DNA of 64,000 nucleotides from an uncultured bacterium (GTDB lineage Bacteria; Krumholzibacteriota; Krumholzibacteriia; LZORAL124-64-63), in the NCBI GenBank assembly GCA_963732385.1, contig CAVSZB010000007.1, forward strand, positions 32,001 to 96,000. The letters run 5' to 3'. Of the stretch, positions 55,934 to 64,000 are shown in pieces; position 1 is the first letter of the stretch, and the number at the start of each line of letters is the position of its first letter. Position numbers and translations under genes: made by a program. The notes below the pieces were generated by a model that saw only the letters and a list, made by a program, of their open reading frames with translations, ran no database searches and was not told the origin of the DNA.

Positions 55934-58465
55934 TTAATTCTGGTTCGGTGCGGTCCGTCGTTGCCCCCCTGCGCGCAGCAGGCGTCCCGCCCAGCCGGCC
56001 GGCGTCCGGTGCAGCGCCACCAGCGTCCAGCCGTCGGCCGTGTGCACTTCGAGGGTGTGCGCCGGACCGACCCCCGGCAGGCCCGGCTCGGGGCATGAAG
56101 ATAAGGACCGGTCGGCGCCGACGCACCAGCGCGGCGGCAGCCACGGCAGGTTGCCGTCGAGCTGCGCCCAGGTGACGGCCTCGAGAGGGGGCAGCAGGTC
56201 CGGCTGCGCGAGGATCAGCGCCGCCGGATCGAGCGGGGCGGCGAGCAGGGCGTCGTCGGCCAGCAGGGCGGCGATCGCCAGGAACAGCCCCCGCGCCGTG
56301 GCGGCCGCGTGCGACGGATCTTCCAGCCGCTCTTCGTCGCGGCCGTCGCGCGGGGGGGGCAGAGCCGCTTCGAGCGCCGGGCAGGCGGTCTGTCGCAACA
56401 GGTACGACGCGCCCGCCGTCACTGCGATCGAGTCGGGAGCGGCCAGGGAGGCGGCTGCCCGCCTGAGCAGGCGGGCCCAGCGCCGGCCCCGCGCGCTCGT
56501 GACATGGTGCACTGCCGTCCAGTCGGACTCGCCAGGCCGTGCGCGGCGGAGCGTGAGAAACAGCTCGGCCCCCGTTTCGTTCGCTTGCAGCAGTTTCGCC
56601 TCGGGCGCGATCCACCGCTCATCGTCGCGGGTGAAGGCGACCCGCGCCCCCGCGCCCCGCAACAGCGCGGCCAGGGCCCGCGCCACGCCGAGGTTCAGGT
56701 CGGCGCCGCGGGTTCCCGAAGGGCCGGTGCCGTCGTTGTCGGCGCCGCCTCCGGCGGGATCGAGCAGGATCGCGCGGCCGATGAGCGCCGGCAGGAGCGG
56801 CCTCCAGACGAGCGTGTCGCGTGGCGCGGCGCCGGCGGGGTCGCCGTCGACCAGGCCCGGCGCGGTTTCGACGATCGGCCGGGCGCCGTCCGCCTCGATC
56901 CAGAGCAATGAATCGCTTGCGGTCGCCACCACCGGCCAGGCGGGATTCGGCGTGAGCCCGTCCCATTCCGGCAGCGGGGTGCGGGCGCGCCAGGCGATGC
57001 CCGGCACGAGATCGTGGCGCCACTCCCGCGCCGCCGGTCGCAGCACCACGATCCGGCAGGCCGCGGGGAGCTGGCGGCGCCCGACTTGTCCGCCCGGCGG
57101 GCGGTCCGTGCCGGTGCCGTTGTCGGCGAAGCGGATGGCGCCGTCGGCCACCGTGGGGGCGAGGAACTGCCAGCCCCGTCCGTCCGGCCGCGGATGCAAC
57201 GGCACCGCCTCGCCGCCCGTCGTCGCGATCGCCAGGGCGCGTCCCGGGTCGGCGACCAGGCCGGCGCGATCGCGCCATTCCCAGGCCAGGAGCGCCGGCC
57301 GGGCGGAGTCGGGTCGGTCGGGGTCGGGGGCGAACGTCCAGAGACAGGCGCGCAACTCGCCCGGGGTGAACGGCATCCGCAGGATGGTGCGGGAGATCGG
57401 CGTCGACCGGCCGGCGAGGTTGCGGGCCCGCAGTTCGAGCCGGTGGTCGCCGGTCGGCAAGTCCCGGGTCGGTCGCCAGACCGCCAGACCGGAGAGGGCA
57501 TCGATTTCGACCGGCAGCATCGCGCCGTCGATGGTGAGCCGGAGCGACGCAGGATCGAGGCCCGGGCCCGCCGCCTGACCGGCGTCCGGAGCGAAGCGCC
57601 AGCGCAGCACCGGCAGCTGCGCGGGGTCGGCCAGGACCGTGTCGGGATGGGTTGGCGTCCAGCGCGGGCTGCCGCCGGCGAAGAAGTCGAGCAGGCCGAG
57701 GAACCAGGCCTGGGCCTCGAGCGCCTGCTTGTCGTCGCGGGCGAGACGGCGTTCCATGGCGGGGTTGGAGATCATCGCCGCCTCCCCCAGCACGGCGGGG
57801 ACGCGGCTCGCGCGCAGCACGCGGAAATTGCCCGGCAGGATGCGCGCCGGCGTCACCTCCAGATTGCGCGCGAGGTGGCGGTGGATCGCGCGGGCGAGGT
57901 CGAGGTCGGCTCCGTCACGGCCGGCGGGGTACCAGGTTTCGAGTGCGTTGAGCGTCGTGTCGCGGGCGGCGTTGCTGTTGTGGTGAATCGAGACGAATAT
58001 CTCCGGGCGCAGGGAGTCGACGCGTGCGAGACGGCGGCCAAGGTCGCCGGCCAGCGAGGAGTCGGCGGCGGTGAGGTCGTCGCGATCGGCGGCGCGGGTC
58101 AGCAGCGGCACGGCGCCGGACGCCGCCAGCAGGTCGCGCAGATGCCGCGCCACGCCGAGGTTGACGTCCGCTTCGGCCAGGCCGCGCGGGCCGAGCGCGC
58201 CGCGGAAGGCGCCGCCGTGGCCCGGATCGATGACGATCCGCCGGCCGCGCAGCGGGGTGGTGTCGCGTCCCTCCAGCACCTCGCGCAGCGCCGCGAAGCC
58301 GGGGGTGGTCAAAGAGGCGGCCGGTGGCGCGATGGCGGCGCCGTCGGTCGACGCGGCAGACGGCGCCGACGCGGGGGGCGGGCAGGGGGGACAGGCGCAG
58401 CCGGCGCCCAGGAACGCTCCGCCGAGCAGCGCCGCGAGGGCGAACGGGATGCGGCGTCGGGACAT
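55934..58465 (-). CDS. N-acetylmuramoyl-L-alanine amidase lipoprotein with two Amidase_3 domains
   Basis: Lipobox GAGC. Domain 1: IDPGHGG, EADVN, SIHHN, AVLGE. Domain 2: degenerate LDPAGGG, GADLN. Confidence 0.85.
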   Translation of the reverse strand: MSRRRIPFALAALLGGAFLGAGCACPPCPPPASAPSAASTDGAAIAPPAASLTTPGFAALREVLEGRDTTPLRGRRIVIDPGHGGAFRGALGPRGLAEADVNLGVARHLRDLLAASGAVPLLTRAADRDDLTAADSSLAGDLGRRLARVDSLRPEIFVSIHHNSNAARDTTLNALETWYPAGRDGADLDLARAIHRHLARNLEVTPARILPGNFRVLRASRVPAVLGEAAMISNPAMERRLARDDKQALEAQAWFLGLLDFFAGGSPRWTPTHPDTVLADPAQLPVLRWRFAPDAGQAAGPGLDPASLRLTIDGAMLPVEIDALSGLAVWRPTRDLPTGDHRLELRARNLAGRSTPISRTILRMPFTPGELRACLWTFAPDPDRPDSARPALLAWEWRDRAGLVADPGRALAIATTGGEAVPLHPRPDGRGWQFLAPTVADGAIRFADNGTGTDRPPGGQVGRRQLPAACRIVVLRPAAREWRHDLVPGIAWRARTPLPEWDGLTPNPAWPVVATASDSLLWIEADGARPIVETAPGLVDGDPAGAAPRDTLVWRPLLPALIGRAILLDPAGGGADNDGTGPSGTRGADLNLGVARALAALLRGAGARVAFTRDDERWIAPEAKLLQANETGAELFLTLRRARPGESDWTAVHHVTSARGRRWARLLRRAAASLAAPDSIAVTAGASYLLRQTACPALEAALPPPRDGRDEERLEDPSHAAATARGLFLAIAALLADDALLAAPLDPAALILAQPDLLPPLEAVTWAQLDGNLPWLPPRWCVGADRSLSSCPEPGLPGVGPAHTLEVHTADGWTLVALHRTPAGWAGRLLRAGGQRRTAPNQN

Positions 58466-58694
58466 GGCAACGGCTCCTTCCGGCGGGACGACATCCTGCC
58501 GGCGGAGCTTACGGGGGGCGGTGACGGGCTGTCCAGCGCCGCGCGCGGCGGCGCGAAGCGGGGGAATAGCGAGGCTTCGGCGTCGGCGGCTGGACTGGCG
58601 GGCACGCATCTGGTACCGTAAACAACCGCTGCGTTCGTCCGGCGCGCCGGCGGATCGCGATGATCCAGATCCCGCACCGCGAGGCTGACAGCCC

Positions 58695-60122
58695 ATGTCC
58701 GACTCCTGCCTGCGTCTGCTGCCTCCGGTCGGCGCGCTGATCGAGGATCCGCGCCTCGCCGTGCTCTCCACGGGGCGTCGACGGGCCTGGATGACCCGGC
58801 TCATGCAGCGGGCCGTCGCCGCCGAGCGCGCGGCGCTGGACGGGTGCGGGCCCGACGCAGGCGGCCAGATGGCGGCGCGCGCCGCACTGCACGAGGCGGT
58901 CGTGGCGCGGGTGCTGGCGGAGCGGGCGCGGCTGCTGCGGCCGGCGATGCGCCGGGTGATCAACGCCACCGGCGTTGTCGTCCACACGAATCTCGGCCGG
59001 TCGCCCTATCCCGCGGACTCGGTGGCGCGGGCCGTCGAGGCGGCGCGTTTCCCCTGCGATCTCGAATACCGGCTCGACTCCGGAGCGCGCGGACACCGCG
59101 GGCGCGGAGTGGAGGAGAAGGCCGCCCTGCTGACGGGGGCGGAGGATGCGCTAGTCGTCAACAACAACGCCGCGGCGCTTTGGCTCGCGGTGCGGGCCAC
59201 GGCGGGCAGTGGTCGCGTGCTGCTCTCGCGCGGCGAGATCGTGGCGATCGGCGGCTCGTTCCGCCTCGACAGTCTCCTGCGCGAGACCGGGTGCGAGCTG
59301 GTGGAGGTCGGCACGACCAACCGCACCGTGCCCGACGACTACGCCCGCGCGCTCGCGCCGGGAGCCGTGGTGCTCAAGGTGCACCGCAGCAATTTCGCGC
59401 AGAGCGGTTTCGTCGAGGAGGTCGGGCTGGCGGAGCTGGCGGCGCTCTGCCGCGAGCGCGGTCAGGTTCTGATCTACGACGCGGGCAGCGGTTCGCTCTA
59501 TCCGGCCGCGAAGCTGGGGCTGCCGGAGGAGCCGACGCTGGCCGAGGATCTGGCGGCCGGTCCTGATCTCGTCACCTGCAGCGGCGACAAGCTGCTCGGC
59601 GGCGGCCAGGCGGGGCTGGTGCTCGGACGCGCGGATCTGGTGGAGGCCCTGCGGCGTCACCCGCTGCGGCGCGCGCTGCGCGTCGACAAGCTGACGCTCG
59701 CGGCGCTCGACGCGCTGCTGACGCTCTATCTCGAGGCCGACGGCCTGCCGCGCGTGCCGGTGCTCGAGATGCTCGCGCTTGACCCGGCCACGCTCGAGGC
59801 GCGCGGGCACGACCTGCTCGCCGCGCTGTCACCGGCGGCGCCGGCCGGCTGGCGCGGCGAGGTGGTCGCGGGCGAATCGAGCGTGGGTGGGGGGAGTTTC
59901 AGCGAGGCGGTCGTGCCGACCCGCCTGCTGCGCTGGCGCGGGCCGAAGGCGGAACTGGAGCGTTGCCACGCGGCGCTGCGGCGGCAGGATCCGGCGCTCG
60001 TCACCCGCATCAACCAGGAGGGCCTGGCCATCGACCTGCGCACCGTGGCGCCGGAGGAACTGACCGCGGTCGTGACGGCCCTGCGTCTCTGCTGGCGCGG
60101 TGGCGGGGAGGGCGGGGCGTGA
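58695..60122 (+). CDS. selA: L-seryl-tRNA(Sec) selenium transferase
   Basis: VINATGVVVHTNLGRS, VVNNNAAA, SRGE...IGGSFR, EVGTTNRT, KVHRSNF, SGDKLLGG (PLP Lys), RALRVDKL. Confidence 0.95.
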   Translation: MSDSCLRLLPPVGALIEDPRLAVLSTGRRRAWMTRLMQRAVAAERAALDGCGPDAGGQMAARAALHEAVVARVLAERARLLRPAMRRVINATGVVVHTNLGRSPYPADSVARAVEAARFPCDLEYRLDSGARGHRGRGVEEKAALLTGAEDALVVNNNAAALWLAVRATAGSGRVLLSRGEIVAIGGSFRLDSLLRETGCELVEVGTTNRTVPDDYARALAPGAVVLKVHRSNFAQSGFVEEVGLAELAALCRERGQVLIYDAGSGSLYPAAKLGLPEEPTLAEDLAAGPDLVTCSGDKLLGGGQAGLVLGRADLVEALRRHPLRRALRVDKLTLAALDALLTLYLEADGLPRVPVLEMLALDPATLEARGHDLLAALSPAAPAGWRGEVVAGESSVGGGSFSEAVVPTRLLRWRGPKAELERCHAALRRQDPALVTRINQEGLAIDLRTVAPEELTAVVTALRLCWRGGGEGGA

Positions 60123-61612
60123 ACGGGGCGCGGCACGACGACGCGGGGGGCTGGCCCCCTCTGCACGAGACCGGTATTTCCCCGGCCGAACTGGATTTCC
60201 ACGGCGGCGGGTTCTTCTGGGAGGAAGTCCGCGCCTTCACCGATCCCTCGCCGCTCGCATTCCTGGTTCAGACCGCGCTGGACGGACCCGCGGTGCCGCG
60301 GGTCTGGGTCTTCCTCGACGAGCCGGAGGAGACGACCACGCGCGCCGCCGCGGCGCTCGCCGCCGCGCGCGCGCTTGTCGCCCGCCGGCTCAACGTGATC
60401 GTGGTCGACGCGGACGACCGTCATCCCGATCTCACGCGCTGGGCCGGTCGTCACGAGCGCGAGGGGTGGATCGATTTCGTGCGCTACGGCGCCTCGCTGG
60501 CGGCCTGCGCCGTGCCGTTGCCGTGGGCAGGGGAGTGCGGTCGGCTGCTGGGCGTCGGCTCCTTCGCGCCGGTCGAGGCGACCGGCGCCGAAGTGTCGTG
60601 GTTGCTGTCGCTGCTGGGCGGGCAGGCGGATATCGTGCTGGTCACCGCGCCGCTCGGGCCGGCCGGCGCGGTCTGGACGGAGGTCGCGTCGCTGCGCCTG
60701 CTCTGCTGGGACCGCGGCGGACGCGAACCGGCGCAGACCAGGCAACTGCTGACGGGTCTGGCCGCTGCGGGCGTTCCGGCGGACGCGGTCATTGCCTTCG
60801 GCGCGCCGGGGCTTGCCCTGTTGCCTCCCCCGTCGCCGGAAGCGCTCGCGGCGCAGCTCAGCCTGGAGCGCTTCGCCGCCGCGGTGGCGGCGGCGGCCGT
60901 GGGGGATGACGCGGCCGCGCCGGTCGAGACCGGGATCCCGGCGGAGGGCGAAGTCTCGCCTGCCGGAGACGGCGCCACGGCTGCGTCTCCGCCGAAACCG
61001 GTGGCCAACGGCGGCGGACCGCCGTTTCGGCCGCTGCGCGGACGGTGGCTGGCGGTGGCCGGACTGGTGGCGGTCGTGGCGACGGCCGGCTGGCTGGCGA
61101 CCCGGGCGCCACGCGCGCGCGTGCCGCTTGCATCGCCGGTGGCGGGGGAGGATATTAGCGCGCCTGCCGGTGCGGGTGGCGCGCCGGACACGCTGCGCGC
61201 GGCGGCCGCCGTCGAGAGTCTGGCGAGGGCGCCGGTCGTTGCCGACAGCACGATGTTGGCGGTCGTCGACACGCCGCTCCCGGCGCCGACTGCCCCCGTC
61301 GACACGGTTGGCCGGATGGCGCCGTCACCCGCGGACAGCTTCGATCCGGCCCCGTTCCGGCTCCCCGTGGGGCGGGACGGCTGGGCGCTGCACGTGTATT
61401 CGCAGCCCGACAGCCTGCTGGCGCAGCAGCAGGTCGTCACTCTGGCGCGCTCCGGCTATACGTCTGCCTGGCGGGCGGTCGAACTGCCGGGCAGGGGGCG
61501 CTGGTACCGCATCTACATGGGCAGCTTCCCGAGTCGGGCAGCCGCCGCGGCCGCCCTGCCCGCGCTGCTGCGCCGGCTGGGCGAAACCTGGGGCCAGGTG
61601 TCGCGCTACTGA
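60119..61612 (+). CDS. Membrane protein: degenerate MinD/BY-kinase-like domain, TM helix and C-terminal SPOR domain
   Basis: VIVVDADDRHP and ADIVLVTAP in the N-domain, TM WLAVAGLVAVVATAGWLA, SPOR motif WALHVYS...GRWYRIYMGSFPSRAAA. GTGA overlap with selA. Confidence 0.75.
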   Translation: MNGARHDDAGGWPPLHETGISPAELDFHGGGFFWEEVRAFTDPSPLAFLVQTALDGPAVPRVWVFLDEPEETTTRAAAALAAARALVARRLNVIVVDADDRHPDLTRWAGRHEREGWIDFVRYGASLAACAVPLPWAGECGRLLGVGSFAPVEATGAEVSWLLSLLGGQADIVLVTAPLGPAGAVWTEVASLRLLCWDRGGREPAQTRQLLTGLAAAGVPADAVIAFGAPGLALLPPPSPEALAAQLSLERFAAAVAAAAVGDDAAAPVETGIPAEGEVSPAGDGATAASPPKPVANGGGPPFRPLRGRWLAVAGLVAVVATAGWLATRAPRARVPLASPVAGEDISAPAGAGGAPDTLRAAAAVESLARAPVVADSTMLAVVDTPLPAPTAPVDTVGRMAPSPADSFDPAPFRLPVGRDGWALHVYSQPDSLLAQQQVVTLARSGYTSAWRAVELPGRGRWYRIYMGSFPSRAAAAAALPALLRRLGETWGQVSRY

Positions 61613-61669
61613 CCGCGCGCCGCGCCGGCGGTCCCGGCAGCGAAGGATTCCGCACCGGAAGGTTATGCG

Positions 61670-64000
61670 TTGAAGCTCAAGCGCGTGGAGATCCAGGGAT
61701 TCAAGTCGTTCGCGGATCGCACGGTCCTCGATTTCGACGAGGGTATCACGGCGATTCTCGGCCCGAACGGTTGCGGCAAGACGAACATCGTCGACGCGAT
61801 CCGCTGGGTGCTTGGTGAACAGTCCGCCAAGCAACTGCGCGGCGGTCGCATGGAAGACATCATCTTCAAGGGCACCACCAGACGGAAGCCGGTAACGCTG
61901 GCGGAGGTGGGCCTGACGTTCACGAACGAGGATCGCGGCATCCCGATCGAGTACGACGAGGTCACGATCAAGCGCCGCGTCACGCGCGACGGTGTCAGCC
62001 AGTACCTCGTCAACGGCTCTCCGGTCCGTCTCAAGGACCTGCGCGACCTGTTCTGGGAAAGCGGCGTGAGCAACTCCGCCTACGCCGTGATCGAGCTGCC
62101 GATGATCAACCAGGTCCTCAACGAGCACACGCAGGAGCTGCGCGGTCTCATTGAAGAGGGTTCGGGCATCATCAAGTACAAGTCCCGCCGTCGCGAGGCG
62201 GAGCGCAAGCTGGAGCAGACCGAGGCGGATCTGCTGCGGTTGCGCGACCTGCTCGACGAAATCGGGCGCGAGGTGCGCGCGCTCGCGCGGCAGGTCGGCA
62301 AGGCGCGCCGGCACCAGCGGTTGTTCCAGGAGGTCCGCGGGCTCGATCTGCTGCTGGCCGGTCAGCAGCACCGCGAATTCGGACGCCACGAGACGGAACT
62401 GACCGCGCAGAGCGGCGAGCTCAAGACGCTGGCCGAGGCGGATGCCGGCGAACTGGCCGACCTGCGCGCCCGCATCGAGGCGACGCGTCCCGCCGTGGAC
62501 GAGCGCGAAGCGGAGCGGCACGGGCTGGAGGAGTCGCTGCACGCGTTCGAGGAGGATCTGCAGGAGGCGGAGCGCCGCGTGCTTGTCCTGGAACAGCGGA
62601 TGACGGAGAACGAACGGCGTGGCCACGAAACCCGGGAGGCCATCGGCGCCGCCCAGGTGCGGCGCACGGAGATCCACGGCGAGGCGGCGCTGCTGGTCCG
62701 TCGGCTCGAAAACATCGTCGCGCAGCTCGGTCGCCACGAGGCCGATCTGCGCGAACGCGAGGAACAGTTGAAACTGCTCGAGGCGCGGTTCGCCGCCTCC
62801 CGCCAGGCGGTACAGGACGCGGCGCAGCTGAACCTCGAGTTCATCGAGCACGACGCCGCGGCCCGCACCCTGCAGCGCGAACTGCATGTCCGGCAGGAGA
62901 ACCGTAACGAACGGCTGCAGCGACTGGCCGAGGAGGAGACGGCCCTGCTCGAGACCGCCGGCCGCGACGGCGCGCGGGCCGCCGAACTGGAGGAGTCGCG
63001 TCAGCGACTGCTCGACAAGCGGCGCGAACTGCTCGAGATGCTCGCCGGTCTCGAGCGTGAGCGCGCCGAGGGGCAGGCGGGAGCCGAGACGCTGCGACAG
63101 GAGTTGTCGTCGCGCGAGGCGCGGCGGGAGGCGCTGCGCTCGCGGCACGATCTGCTGCGCCGCATCAAGGACGAGTACCGCGGTTATCGGCAGGGCGCGC
63201 GTCATGTGTTGCAGTCGCGCGCGGACGACGGCCGGGTGCGCGGCAGCCTGGCCGACCATCTGCGCGTGGCCGACGGCTGGGGCGAGGCGTTCGAGAATCT
63301 GTTCGCCGAGCTGGTGGACGCGGTCGTGGTCGACGAGGCCGGCACGGCGGTGGGGCTGGTGGACGAGTTGCGCGCCGGCGACACCGGGCGCGCCAGCTTC
63401 CTCAGCGGCGCCGGCGCCGCACCGGCTGTGCCGGACGGCGCGGCCCCGGTGGCCGGGCGTCCGGCGCACGAGCTCGTTTCGGGCGAGGCGGCGACGGCTC
63501 CCCATCTGCGGCGGCTGCTGGCCGCCTGCTGGACCTTCGCGGACGATGCGGCCGCCGTGGCGGCCGCGGGGGCGCACCGCGGCGACCACGTCCTCGTCTG
63601 CCTGGCGCGCAGCGGACTGCTCGTGACCAGCGACGGGGTCGTGCGCGGCGGCAGCCGGCGCGAGGAGGAGGCGAGCCTGCTCGGTCGTGGCGAGAAGCTG
63701 GAGCGGATCGAGGAGGAGATCGTCGCCGCGGTGGCGCAGGTCGAGACCTGGGCCACCCGGCTGGACGAGAACGGCGCTCGCCAGCGCGAACTGCAGGAGT
63801 ACCTCCTGCGCGGCCGGGGCGAGCTGGAGGTCCTGGAGGAGGACCTGCGCCGGTTGCACGCCGAGGGGGCCGACGCACGCAGCCGCGAAGCGGCGGCGGT
63901 CGGGCGGCTAGAGGTTATCGGCCGGGAGCGCGCAACGGTCACGGCCGAACAGGCGGCGCTGGCCGTCGAAGAGGCGGGGCTGCGCGGGCGTCTCGACGAA
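61670..64000 (+). CDS. smc: Chromosome partition protein SMC (5' part, runs off the window)
   Basis: TTG start after GGAAGG. Translates MKLKRVEIQGFKSFAD...GPNGCGKTNIVDAIRWVLGEQSAKQLRG, then coiled coil and hinge (RGSLADHL...GRASFL). Absent from the ORF track because there is no stop in the window. Confidence 0.96.
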   Translation, partial: MKLKRVEIQGFKSFADRTVLDFDEGITAILGPNGCGKTNIVDAIRWVLGEQSAKQLRGGRMEDIIFKGTTRRKPVTLAEVGLTFTNEDRGIPIEYDEVTIKRRVTRDGVSQYLVNGSPVRLKDLRDLFWESGVSNSAYAVIELPMINQVLNEHTQELRGLIEEGSGIIKYKSRRREAERKLEQTEADLLRLRDLLDEIGREVRALARQVGKARRHQRLFQEVRGLDLLLAGQQHREFGRHETELTAQSGELKTLAEADAGELADLRARIEATRPAVDEREAERHGLEESLHAFEEDLQEAERRVLVLEQRMTENERRGHETREAIGAAQVRRTEIHGEAALLVRRLENIVAQLGRHEADLREREEQLKLLEARFAASRQAVQDAAQLNLEFIEHDAAARTLQRELHVRQENRNERLQRLAEEETALLETAGRDGARAAELEESRQRLLDKRRELLEMLAGLERERAEGQAGAETLRQELSSREARREALRSRHDLLRRIKDEYRGYRQGARHVLQSRADDGRVRGSLADHLRVADGWGEAFENLFAELVDAVVVDEAGTAVGLVDELRAGDTGRASFLSGAGAAPAVPDGAAPVAGRPAHELVSGEAATAPHLRRLLAACWTFADDAAAVAAAGAHRGDHVLVCLARSGLLVTSDGVVRGGSRREEEASLLGRGEKLERIEEEIVAAVAQVETWATRLDENGARQRELQEYLLRGRGELEVLEEDLRRLHAEGADARSREAAAVGRLEVIGRERATVTAEQAALAVEEAGLRGRLDE

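Noticed and set aside
61665..61673. ATG-CGT-TGA mini-ORF overlapping the smc TTG start
   Set aside because: The ATG is only 2 nt from the SD, while the TTG has a normal 7-nt spacing. It is probably a chance occurrence.
62075..62110. SMC Q-loop lacking Gln (YAVIELPMI) as a sign of inactivation
   Set aside because: From my recollection, IELxM-type Q-loops occur in FCB-group SMCs. Walker A is intact, so I treated it as a lineage trait.

Overview
This is a very GC-rich bacterial chromosomal segment, gene-dense and mostly on the + strand. Its features point to a diderm of the FCB superphylum, possibly Krumholzibacteriota/Latescibacterota (inference). The signs are a FlgD-Ig/T9SS-like C-terminal sorting domain, an SMC Q-loop region reading IELPMI, and TonB systems. 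Housekeeping content, in order: the 3' end of comM, murB, tonB-exbB-exbD, mnmA, asmA-like, two tRNA clusters holding all four tRNA-Ser isoacceptors, tadA, SRP RNA, dnaX-ybaB-recR-mglB-mglA, pgpA-cinA...thpR-recA-recX, a surface-glycan block (rfbD, gmhA, GT4, wcaJ-like, polyprenyl-phosphate phosphoribosyltransferase, DUF362), ispE-spoVG-tRNA-Gln-prs-rplY-pth-rpsF-rpsR-yybS-rplI, manC, selA and the 5' part of smc. No integrase, transposase, CRISPR array or rRNA was seen. The strongest candidates for undescribed biology are five: (1) a protein built from an apparently inactive MinD/BY-kinase-like domain, a TM helix and a SPOR domain, lying just upstream of smc and near a tandem active/inactive amidase; (2) a circularly permuted, PDZ-less SpoIVB (S55) protease coupled to a secreted beta-propeller protein; (3) a UbiA-type phosphoribosyltransferase-DUF362 pair; (4) a promoter whose -35 box sits in the loop of a perfect hairpin, followed by a structured 190-nt leader; (5) an AT-rich dif-like element. 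A single-base frameshift splits the FG-GAP gene and may be an assembly error. All product calls come from motif recognition by eye, not from database searches.
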